Shown piece by piece: positions 12,301 to 24,300 of a stretch of 64,000 bases of DNA; position 1 is the first letter of the stretch; every line of letters starts with the position of its first letter. Source of the stretch: Squalus acanthias (Eukaryota); assembly GCA_030390025.1 (NCBI GenBank), contig JASTWF010000349.1, positions 310,001-374,000 on the forward strand, written 5' to 3'. The position numbers and the translations under genes are program-made. The notes beneath the pieces are model-generated. The model was not told the DNA's origin and searched no databases. It saw only the letters and a program-made list of their open reading frames with translations.

Positions 12301-15300
12301 TACCTCAGTCCCTCTCCCCTCATTTACCCTGCCGCTCTCCCCTCATTAACCTCAGTCCCTCTCCCCTCATTTACCTCAGTCCCTCTCCCCTCATTTACCT
12401 CAGTCCCTCTCCCCTCATTTACCTCGGTCCCTCTCCCCTCATTAACGTCAGTCCCTCTCCCCTCATTTACCTCAGTCCCTCTCCCCTCATTTACCTCGGT
12501 CCCTCTCCCCTTATTCACCCTCAGTCCCTCATTTACCATCAGTCCCTCTCCCCTCATTCACCCTCTGTCCCTCTCCCCTCATTCACCCACTGTCCCTCTC
12601 CCCTCATTTCCCCTCAGTCTCCCTCCCCTCATTAACCTCAGTTCCTCTCCCCTCATTAACCTCAGTCCCTCTCCCCTCATTCACCCTCAGTCCCTCTCCG
12701 CTCATTTACCCTCAGTCCCTCTCCACTCATTCACTCTCAGACCCTCTCCCCTCATTCACCCTCAGTTCCTCTCCATTGTGCTTTCCAGCAGTGTTGATGT
12801 GCAGGTCTCTCCAGGCCGAGATTCAAGGCTGCAATGAGCAGGATGTGGATGGAACGAAAGATCAACCCTCCCCTTTAAGAACTGGCCGGCGTCATTGTGT
12901 CTGTGTTCCATTGCTGACTGACATCACATGAGCTTCGCCAACGCTCTGAGTTAGCGCCTCGCTCCTTGGCCTTTGCGCCTTAAGTCAGATGTGTAGCGCC
13001 TGATTTAGTGCTCCAATCACCTCCATGGGCGACAAGAGTCAAGTTTGCAGTCGGAGGTGATAATTAGCGCCAGGCGCTAATCTTTGCGCCCGGCCAATAA
13101 TTGCGCCCCAAATGGGGCGATACTGAATTTTACCCCCATTGACTCTATTTACCTTCAGTGCCTCTCCCCTCGTTTACACTCAGTCCTCATTTACCCTCAG
13201 TCCCTCTCCCCTCATTCACCCTCAGTCCCTCTCTCCTCATTTACCTCAGTCCCTCTCCCCTCATTTAACCTCAGTCCCTCTCTCCTCATTTACCCTGTCT
13301 CTCTCCCCTCATTCACTCTCAGTCTCTCTCCCTCATTTACCCTCAGTCCCTCTCCCCTCATTCACTCTCAGTCCCTCTCCCCTCATTTTCCCTCAGTCCC
13401 TCTCCCCTCATTAACCTCAGATCCTCTCCCCTCATTTACCTCAGTCCCTCTCCCCTCATTCACTGTCAGTCCCTCTCCCCTCATTTTCCCTCAGTTCCTC
13501 TCCCCTCATTCACCCTCAGTCCCTCTCCGCTCATTTACTCTCAGTCCCTCTCCCCTCATTTACCCACAGTCCCTCTCCCATTTACCTCAGTCCCTCTCCC
13601 CTCATTAACCTCAGTCCCTCTCCCCTCATTTACCTCTGTCCCTCTCCCCCCATTTACCTCAGTCCCTCTCCCCTCATTTACCCTCAGTCCCTCTCCCATT
13701 TACCTCATTCCCGCTCCCCTCATTAACCTCAGTCCCTCTCCCCTCATTTACCTCAGTCCCTCTCCCCTCATTTACCTCGGTCCCTCTCCCCTCATTCACC
13801 CTCAGTCCCTCATTCACCCTCAGTCCCTCTCCCCTCATTTACCCTCTGTCCCTCTCCCCTCATTCACCCTCTGTCCCTCTCCCCTCATTTACCCTCAGTC
13901 CCTCTACCCTCATTTACCCTCAGTCCCTCTCCCCTCATTCACTCTCAGTCACTCTCCCCTCATTAACCTCAGTTCCTCTCCCCTCATTCACCCTCAGTCC
14001 CTCTCCGCTCATTTACCCTCAGTCACTCTCCCCTCATTCACCCTCAGTCCCTCTCCCCTCATTTACCTGTCCCTCTCCCCTCATTTACCCTCAGTATCTC
14101 TCCCCTCATTAACCTCAGTTCCTCTCCCCTCATTAACCTCAGTCCCTCTCCCCTCATTCACCCTCAGTCCCTCTCCGCTCATTTACCCTCAGTCCCTCTC
14201 CACTCATTCACTCTCAGACCCTCTCCCCTCATTCACCCTCAGTTCCTCTCCATTGTGCGATCCGGCAGATTTGATGTGCAGGTCTCTCCAGGCTGAGATT
14301 CAAGGCTGCAATAAGCAGGATGTGGATGGAAAGCAAGCTCAACCCTCCCCTTTAAGAACTGGCCGGCGCCATTGTGTCTGTGTTCCATTGCTGACAGACA
14401 TCACATGAGCTTCGCCAGCGCTCTGAGTTAGCGCCTCGCTCCTCGGCCTTTGCGCCTTAAGACAGATGTGTAGCGCCCGATTTAGCGCTCCAATCACCTC
14501 CAGGGGCGACAAAAGTCAAGTTTGCAGTCGGAGGTGATAATTAGCGCCAGGCGCTAATCTTTGCGCCCGGCCAATAATTGCGCCCCAAATGGGGCGATAC
14601 TGAATTTTACCCCCATTGACTCTATTTACCTTCAGTGCCTCTCCCCTCGTTTACCCTCAGTCCCTCTGCCCTCATTTACCCTCAGTCCCTCTCCCCTCAT
14701 TCACCCTCAGTCCCTCTCCCCTCATTTACCCTCAGTCCCTCTCCCCTCATTTACCTCAGTCCCTCTCCCCTCATTTACCCTCAGTCCCTCTCCCGTCATT
14801 TACCTCAGTCCCTCTCCCCTCATTTACCCTGCCCCTCTCCCCTCATTAACCTCAGTCCCTCTCCCCTCATTTACCTCAGTCCCTCTCCCCTCATTTACCC
14901 TCAGTCCCTCTCCCCTCGTTTACCCTCAGTCCCTCTACCCTCATTTGCCCTCAGTCCCTCTCCCCTCATTTAACCTCAGTCTCTATCCCCTCATTTCCCC
15001 TCAGTCTCTATCCCCTCATTCACCCTCAGTCCCTCTCCCCTCATTAACCTCAGTCCCTCTCCCCTCATTAACCTCAGTCCCTCTTCCCTCATTTACCCTC
15101 AGTCTCTATCCCCTCATTTTCCCTCAGTCTCTATCCCCTCATTCACCCTCAGTCTCTCTCCCCTCATTCACCCTCAGTCCCTCTCCCCTCATTTACCCTC
15201 AGTCTCTATCCCCTCATTCACCCTCAGTCTCTCTCCCCTCATTCACTCTCAGTCTCTCTCCCCTCATTTACCTCAGTTCCTCTCCCATCATTCACTCTCA

Positions 15301-18300
15301 GTCCCTCTCCCCTCATTCACCCTCAGTTCCTCTCCCCTCATTCACCCTCAGTCCCTCTCCGCTCATTTACTCTCAGTCCCTCTCCCCTCATTTACCCACA
15401 GTCCCTCTCCCATTTACCTCAGTCCCTCTCCCCTCATTAACCTCAGTCCCTCTCCCCTCATTTACCTCTGTCCCTCTCCCTCCATTTACCTCAGTCCCTC
15501 ACCCATCATTTACCCTCAGTCCCTCTCCCATTTACCTCATTCCCGCTCCCCTCATTAACGTCAGTCCCTCTCCCCTCATTCACCCTCAGTTCCTCTCCAT
15601 TGTGCTATCCAGCAGATTTGATGTGCAGGTCTCTCCAGGCTGAGATTCAAGGCTGAAATAAGCAGGATGTGGATGGAATGCAAGCTCAACCCTCCCCTTT
15701 AAGAACTGGCCGGCGCCATTGTGTCTGTATTCCATTGCTGACAGACATCACATGAGCTTCGCCAGTGCTCTGAGTTAGCGCCTCGCTCCTCGGCCTTTGC
15801 GCCTTAAGACAGATGTGTAGCGCCCGATTTAGCGCTCCAATCACCTCCAGGGGCGACAAAAGTCAAGTTTGCAGTCAGAGGTGATAATTAGCGCCAGGCG
15901 CTAATCTTTGCGCCCGGCCAATAATTGCGCCCCAAATGGGGCGATACTGAATTTTACCCCCATTGACTCTATTTACCTTCAGTGCCTCTCCCCTCATTTA
16001 CCCTCATTCCCTCTGCCCTCATTTACCCTCAGTCCCTCTCCCCTCATTCACCCTCAGTCCCTCTCCCCTCATTTACCCTCAGTCCCTCTCCCCTCATTTA
16101 CCTCAGTCCCTCTCCCCTCATTTACCCTCAGTCCCTCTCCCGTCATTTACCTCAGTCCCTCTTCCCTCATTTACCCTGCCCCTCTCCTCTCATTAACCTC
16201 AGTCCCTCTCCCCTCATTTACCTCAGTCCCTCTCCCCTCATTTACCCTCAGTCCCTCTCCCCTCATTTACCATCAGTCCCTCTCCCCTCATTTACCCTCA
16301 GTCCCTCTCCCCTCATTTACCCTCAGTCCCTCTCCCCTCATTTCCTCAGTCCCTCTCCCCTCATTAACCTCAGTCCCTCTCCCCTCATTAACCTCAGTCC
16401 CTCTGCCCTCATTCACCCTCTGTCCCTCTCCCCTCATTCACCCTCAGTCCCTCTCCCCTCATTCACCCTCAGTCCCTCTCCCCTCATTTACCCTCAGTCT
16501 CTATCCCCTCATTCACCCTCAGTCTCTCTCCCCTCATTCACTCTCCGTCTCTCTCCCCTCATTTACCTCAGTTCCTCTCCCCTCATTCACCCTCAGTCCC
16601 TCTCCCCTCATTTACCCTCCGTCTCTATCCCCTCATTCACCCTCAGTCTCTCTCCCCTCATTCACCCTCAGTTCCTCTCCCCTCATTTACCCTCAGTCTC
16701 TATCCCTTCATTCACCCTCAGTCTCTCTCCCCTCATTCACTCTCAGTCTCTCTCCCCTCATTTACCTCAGTTCCTCTCCCCTCATTCACTCTCAGTCCCT
16801 CTCCCCTCATTCACCCTCAGTTCCTCTCCCCTCATTCACCCTCAGTCCCTCTCCGCTCATTTACTCTCAGTCCCTCTCCCCTCATTTACCCACAGTCCCT
16901 CTCCCATTTACCTCAGTCCCTCTCCCCTCATTAACCTCAGTCCCTCTCCCCTCATTTACCTCTGTCCCTCTCCCTCCATTTACCTCAGTCCCTCTCCCCT
17001 CATTTACCCTCAGTCCCTCTCACATTTACCTCATTCCCGCTCCCCTCATTAACGTCAGTCCCTCTCCCCTCATTTACCTCAGTCCCTCTCCCCTCATTTA
17101 CCTCGGTCCCTCTCCCCTCATTCACCCTCAGTCCCTCTCCCCTCATTCACCCTCTGTCCCTCTCCCCTCATTCACCCTCTGTCCCTCTCCCCTCATTTAC
17201 CCTCAGTCTCTCTCCCCTCATTAAACTCAGTTCCTCTCCCCTCATTAACCTCAGTCCCTCTCCCCTCATTCACCCTCAGTCCCTCTCCGCTCATTTACCC
17301 TCAGTCCCTCTCCACTCATTCACTCTCAGACCCTCTCCCCTCATTCACCCTCAGTTCCTCTCCATTGTGCTATCCAGCAGATTTGATGTGCAGGTCTCTC
17401 CAGACTGAGATTCAAGGCTGCAATAAGCAGGATGTGGATGGAAAGCAAGCTCAACCCTCCCCATTAAGAACTGGCCGGCGCCATTGTGTCTGTGTTCCAT
17501 TGCTGACAGACATCACATGAGCTTCGCCAGCGCTCTGAGTTAGCGCCTCGCTCCTCGGCCTTTGCGCCTTAAGACAGATGAGTAGCGCCTGATTTAGCGC
17601 TCCAATCACCTCCAGGGGCGACAAAAGTCAAGTTTGCAGTCGGAGGTGATAATTAGCGCCAGGGGCTAATCTTTGCGCCCGGCCAATAATTGCGCCCCAA
17701 ATGGGGCGATACTGAATTTTACCCCCATTGACTCTATTTACCTTCAGTGCCTCTCCCCTCATTTAGCCTCAGTCCCTCTGCCCTCATTTACCCTCAGTCC
17801 CTCTCCCCTCATTCACCCTCAGTCCCTCTCCCCTCATTTACCCTCAGTCCCACTCCCCTCATTTAGCTCAGTCCCTCTCCCCTCATTTACCCTCAGTCCC
17901 TCTCCCGTCATTTACCTCAGTCCCTCTCCCCTCATTTACCCTGCCCCTCTCCCCTCATTAACCTCAGTCCCTCTCCCCTCATTTACCTCAGTCCCTCTCC
18001 CCTCATTTACCCTCAGTCCCTCTCCCCTCATTTACCATCAGTCCCTCTCCCCTCATTTACCCTCAGTCCCTCTCCCCTCATTTACCCTCAGTCCCTCTCC
18101 CCTCATTTCCTCAGTCCCTCTCCCATCATTAACCTCAGTCCCTCTCCCCTCATTAAGCTCAGTCCCTCTCCCCTCATTCACCCTCTGTCCCTCTCCCCTC
18201 ATTCACCCTCAGTCCCTCTCCCCTCATTCACCCTCAGTCCCTCTCCCCTCATTTACCCTCAGTCTCTATCCCCTCATTCACCCTCAGTCTCTCTCCCCTC

Positions 18301-21300
18301 ATTCACTCTCAGTCTCTCTCCCCTCATTTACCTCAGTTCCTCTCCCCTCATTCACTCACAGTCCCTCTCCCCTCATTCACCCTCAGTTCCTCTCCCCTCA
18401 TTCACCCTCAGTCCCTCTCCGCTCATTTACTCTCAGTCCCTCTCCCCTCATTTACCCACAGTCCCTCTTCCATTTACCTCAGTCCCTCTCCCCTCATTAA
18501 CCTCAGTCCCTCTCCCCTCATTTACCTCTGTTCCTCTCCCTCCATTTACCTCAGTCCCTCTCCCCTCATTTACCCTCAGTCCCTCTCACATTTACCTCAT
18601 TCCCGCTCCCCTCATTAACGTCAGTCCCTCTCCCCTCATTTACCTCAGTCCCTCTCCCCTCATTTACCTCGGTCCCTCTCCCCTCATTCACCCTCAGTCC
18701 CTCATTTACCCTCAGTCTCTCTCCCCTCATTAACCTCAGTTCCTCTCCCCTCATTAACCTCAGTCCCTCTCCCCTCATTCACCCTCAGTCCCTCTCCGCT
18801 CATTTACCCTCAGTCCCTCTCCACTCATTCACTCTCAGACCCTCTCCCCTCATTCACCCTCAGTTCCTCTCCATTGTGCTTTCCAGCAGATTTGATGTGC
18901 AGGTCTCTCCAGGCCGAGATTCAAGGCTGCAATGAGCAGGATGTGGATGGAAAGAAAGATCAACCCTCCCCTTTAAGAACTGGCCGGCGTCATTGTGTCT
19001 GTGTTCCATTGCTGACTGACATCACATGAGCTTCGCCAGCGCTCTGAGTTAGCGCCTCGCTCCTTGGCCTTTGCGCCTTAAGTCATATGTGTAGCGCCTG
19101 ATTTAGTGCTCCAATCACCTCCATGGACGACAAAAGTCAAGTTTGCAGTCGGAGGTGATAATTAGCGCCAGGCGCTAATCTTTGCGCCCGGCCAATAATT
19201 GCGCCCCAAATGGGGCGATACTGAATTTTACCCCCATTGACTCTATTTACCTTCAGTGCCTCTCCCCTCGTTTACACTATGTCCTCATTTACCCTCAGTC
19301 CCTCTCCCCTCATTCACCCTCAGTCCCTCTCCCCTCATTTACCTCAGTCCCTCTCCCCTCATTTAACCTCAGTCCCTCTCTCCTCATTTACCCTGTCCCT
19401 CTCCCCTCATTCACTCTCAGTCTCTCTCCCTCATTTACCCTCAGTCCCTCTCCCCTCATTCACTCTCAGTCCCTCTCCCCTCATTTTCCCTCAGTCCCTC
19501 TCCCCTCATTAACCTCAGATCCTCTCCCCTCATTTACCTCAGTCCCTCTCCCCTCTTTCACTGTCAGTCCCTCTCCCCTCATTTTCCCTCAGTTCCTCTC
19601 CCCTCATTCACCCTCAGTCCCTCTCCGCTCATTTACTCTCAGTCCCTCTCCCCTCATTTACCCACAGTCCCTCTCCCATTTACCTCAGTCCCTCTCCCCT
19701 CATTAACCTCAGTCCCTCTCCCCTCATTTACCTCTGTCCCTCTCCCCCCATTTACCTCAGTCCCTCTCCCCTCATTTACCCTCAGTCCCTCTCCCATTTA
19801 CCTCATTCCCGCTCCCCTCATTAACCTCAGTCCCTCTCCCCTCATTTACCTCAGTCCCTCTCCCCTCATTTACCTCGGTCCCTCTCCCCTCATTCACCCT
19901 CAGTCCCTCATTCACCCTCAGTCCCTCTCCCCTCATTTACCCTCTGTCCCTCTCCCCTCATTCACCCTCTGTCCCTCTCCCCTCATTTACCCTCAGTCCC
20001 TCTACCCTCATTTACCCTCAGTCCCTCTCCCCTCATTCACTCTCAGTCACTCTCCCCTCATTAACCTCAGTTCCTCTCCCCTCATTCACCCTCAGTCCCT
20101 CTCCGCTCATTTACCCTCAGTCACTCTCCCCTCATTCACCCTCAGTCCCTCTCCCCTCATTTACCTGTCCCTCTCCCCTCATTTACGTCAGTCGCTCTCC
20201 CCTCATTTACCCTCAGTATCTCTCCCCTCATTAACCTCAGTTCCTCTCTCCTCATTAACCTCAGTCCCTCTCCCCTCATTCACCCTCAGTCCCTCTCCGC
20301 TCATTTACCCTCAGTCCCTCTCCACTCATTCACTCTCAGACCCTCTCCCCTCATTCACCCTCAGTTTCTCTCCATTGTGCTATCCAGCAGATTTGATGTG
20401 CAGGTCTCTCCAGGCTGAGATTCAAGGCTGCAATAAGCAGGATGTGGATGGAAAGCAAGCTCAACCCTCCCCTTTAAGAACTGGCCGGCGCCATTGTGTC
20501 TGTGTTCCATTGCTGACAGACATCACATGAGCTTCGCCAGCGCTCTGAGTTAGCGCCTCGCTCCTCGGCCTTTGCGCCTTAAGACAGATTTGTAGCGCCC
20601 GATTTAGCGCTCCAATCACCTCCAGGGGCGACAAAAGTCAAGTTTGCAGTCGGAGGTGATAATTAGCGCCAGGCGCTAATCTTTGCGCCCGACCAATAAT
20701 TGCGCCCCAAATGGGGCGATACTGAATTTTACCCCCATTGACTCTATTTACCTTCAGTGCCTCTCCCCTCGTTTACCCTCAGTCCCTCTGCCCTCATTTA
20801 CCCTCAGTCCCTCTCCCCTCATTCACCCTCAGTCCCTCTCCCCTCATTTACCCTCAGTCCCTCTCCCCTCATTTACCCTGCCCCTCTCCCCTCATTAACC
20901 TCAGTCCCTCTCCCGTCATTTACCTCAGTCACTCTCCCCTCATTTACCCTGCCCCTCTCCCCTCATTAACCTCAGTCCCTCTCCCCTCATTTACCTCAGT
21001 CCCTCTCCCCTCATTTACCCTCAGTCCCTCTACCCTCATTTACCCTCAGTCCATCTACCCTCATTTACCCTCAGTCCCTCTCCCCTCATTTACCCTCAGT
21101 CTCTATCCCCTCATTTTCCCCCAGTCTCTATCCCCTCATTCACCCTCAGTCCCTCTCCCCTCATTTACCCTCAGTCCCTCTCCCGTCATTTACCCTCAGT
21201 CTCTATCCCCTCATTCACCCTCAGTCTCTCTCCCCTCATTCACCCTCAGTCCCTCTCCCCTCATTTACCCTCAGTCTCTATCCCCTCATTCACCCTCAGT

Positions 21301-24300
21301 CTCTCTCCCCTCATTCACTCTCAGTCTCTCTCCCCTAATTTACCTCAGTTCCTCTCCCCTCATTCACTCTCAGTCCCTCTCCCCTCATTCACCCTCAGTT
21401 CCTCTCCCCTCATTCACCCTCAGTCCCTCTCCGCTCATTTACTCTCAATCCCTCTCCCCTCATTTACCCACAGTCCCTCTCCCATTTACCTCAGTCCCTC
21501 TCCCCTCATTAACCTCAGTCCCTCTCCCCTCATTTACCTCTGTCCCTCTCCCTCCATTTACCTCAGTCCCTCGCCCCTCATTTACCCTCAGTCCCTCTCC
21601 CATTTAGCTCATTCCCGCTCCCCTCATTAACGTCAGTCCCTCTCCCCTCATTCACCCTCAGTTCCTCTCCATTGTGCTATCCAGCAGATTTGATGTGCAG
21701 GTCTCTCCAGGCTGAGATTCAAGGCTGAAATAAGCAGGATGTGGATGGAAAGCAAGCTCAACCATCCCCTTTAAGAACTGGCCGGCGCCATTGTGTCTGT
21801 ATTCCATTGCTGACAGACATCACATGAGCTTCGCCAGTGCTCTGAGTTAGCGCCTCGCTCCTCGGCCTTTGCGCCTTAAGACAGATGTGTAGCGCCCGAT
21901 TTAGCGCTCCAATCACCTCCAGGGGCGACAAAAGTCAAGTTTGCAGTCGGAGGTGATAATTAGCGCCAGGCGCTAATCTTTGCGCCCGGCCAATAATTGC
22001 GCCCCAAATGGGGCGATACTGAATTTTACCCCCATTGACTCTATTTACCTTCAGTGCCTCTCCCCTCGTTTACCCTCAGTCCCTCTGCCCTCATTTACCC
22101 TCAGTCCCTCTCCCCTCATTCACCCTCAGTCCCTCTCCCCTCATTTACCCTCAGTCCCTCTCCCCTCATTTACCTCAGTCCCTCTCCCCTCATTTACCCT
22201 CAGTCCCTCTCCCGTCATTTACCTCAGTCCCTCTCCCCTCATTTACCCTGCCGCTCTCCCCTCATTAACCTCAGTCCCTCTCCCCTCATTTACCTCAGTC
22301 CCTCTCCCCTCATTTACCCTCAGTCCCTCTCCCCTCATTTACCCTCAGTCCCTCTACCCTCATTTACCCTCAGTCCCTCTACCCTCATTTACCCTCAGTC
22401 TCTATCCCCTCATTTTCCCTCAGTCTCTATCCCCTCATTCACCCTCAGTCCCTCTCCCCTCATTTACCCTCAGTCTCTATCCCCTCATTTTCCCTCAGTC
22501 TCTATCCCCTCATTCACCCTCAGTCTCTCTCCCCTCATTCACCCTCAGTCCCTCTCCCCTCATTTACCCTCAGTCTCTATCCCCTCATTCACCCTCAGTC
22601 TCTCTCCCCTCATTCACTCTCAGTCTCTCTCCCCTAATTTACCTCAGTTCCTCTCCCCTCATTCACTCTCAGTCCCTCTCCCCTCATTCACCCTCAGTTC
22701 CTCTCCCCTCATTCACCCTCAGTCCCTCTCCCCTCATTTACCCTGCCCCTCTCCCCTCATTAACCTCAGTCCCTCTCCCGTCATTTACCTCAGTCACTCT
22801 CCCCTCATTTACCCTGCCCCTCTCCCCTCATTAACCTCAGTCCCTCTCCCCTCATTTACCTCAGTCCCTCTCCCCTCATTTACCCTCAGTCCCTCTACCC
22901 TCATTTACCCTCAGTCCCTCTACCCTCATTTACCCTCAGTCCCTCTCCCCTCATTTACCCTCAGTCTCTATCCCCTCATTTTCCCCCAGTCTCTATCCCC
23001 TCATTCACCCTCAGTCCCTCTCCCCTCATTTACCCTCAGTCTCTATCCCCTCATTTTCCCTCAGTCTCTATCCCCTCATTCACCCTCAGTCTCTCTCCCC
23101 TCATTCACCCTCAGTCCCTCTCCCCTCATTTACCCTCAGTCTCTATCCCCTCATTCACCCTCAGTCTCTCTCCCCTCATTCACTCTCAGTCTCTCTCCCC
23201 TAATTTACCTCAGTTCCTCTCCCCTCATTCACTCTCAGTCCCTCTCCCCTCATTCACCCTCAGTTCCTCTCCCCTCATTCACCCTCAGTCCCTCTCCGCT
23301 CATTTACTCTCAATCCCTCTCCCCTCATTTACCCACAGTCCCTCTCCCATTTACCTCAGTCCCTCTCCCCTCATTAACCTCAGTCCCTCTCCCCTCATTT
23401 ACCTCTGTCCCTCTCCCTCCATTTACCTCAGTCCCTCGCCCCTCATTTACCCTCAGTCCCTCTCCCATTTAGCTCATTCCCGCTCCCCTCATTAACGTCA
23501 GTCCCTCTCCCCTCATTCACCCTCAGTTCCTCTCCATTGTGCTATCCAGCAGATTTGATGTGCAGGTCTCTCCAGGCTGAGATTCAAGGCTGAAATAAGC
23601 AGGATGTGGATGGAAAGCAAGCTCAACCATCCCCTTTAAGAACTGGCCGGCGCCATTGTGTCTGTATTCCATTGCTGACAGACATCACATGAGCTTCGCC
23701 AGTGCTCTGAGTTAGCGCCTCGCTCCTCGGCCTTTGCGCCTTAAGACAGATGTGTAGCGCCCGATTTAGCGCTCCAATCACCTCCAGGGGCGACAAAAGT
23801 CAAGTTTGCAGTCGGAGGTGATAATTAGCGCCAGGCGCTAATCTTTGCGCCCGGCCAATAATTGCGCCCCAAATGGGGCGATACTGAATTTTACCCCCAT
23901 TGACTCTATTTACCTTCAGTGCCTCTCCCCTCGTTTACCCTCAGTCCCTCTGCCCTCATTTACCCTCAGTCCCTCTCCCCTCATTCACCCTCAGTCCCTC
24001 TCCCCTCATTTACCCTCAGTCCCTCTCCCCTCATTTACCTCAGTCCCTCTCCCCTCATTTACCCTCAGTCCCTCTCCCGTCATTTACCTCAGTCCCTCTC
24101 CCCTCATTTACCCTGCCGCTCTCCCCTCATTAACCTCAGTCCCTCTCCCCTCATTTACCTCAGTCCCTCTCCCCTCATTTACCCTCAGTCCCTCTCCCCT
24201 CATTTACCCTCAGTCCCTCTACCCTCATTTACCCTCAGTCCCTCTACCCTCATTTACCCTCAGTCTCTATCCCCTCATTTTCCCTCAGTCTCTATCCCCT

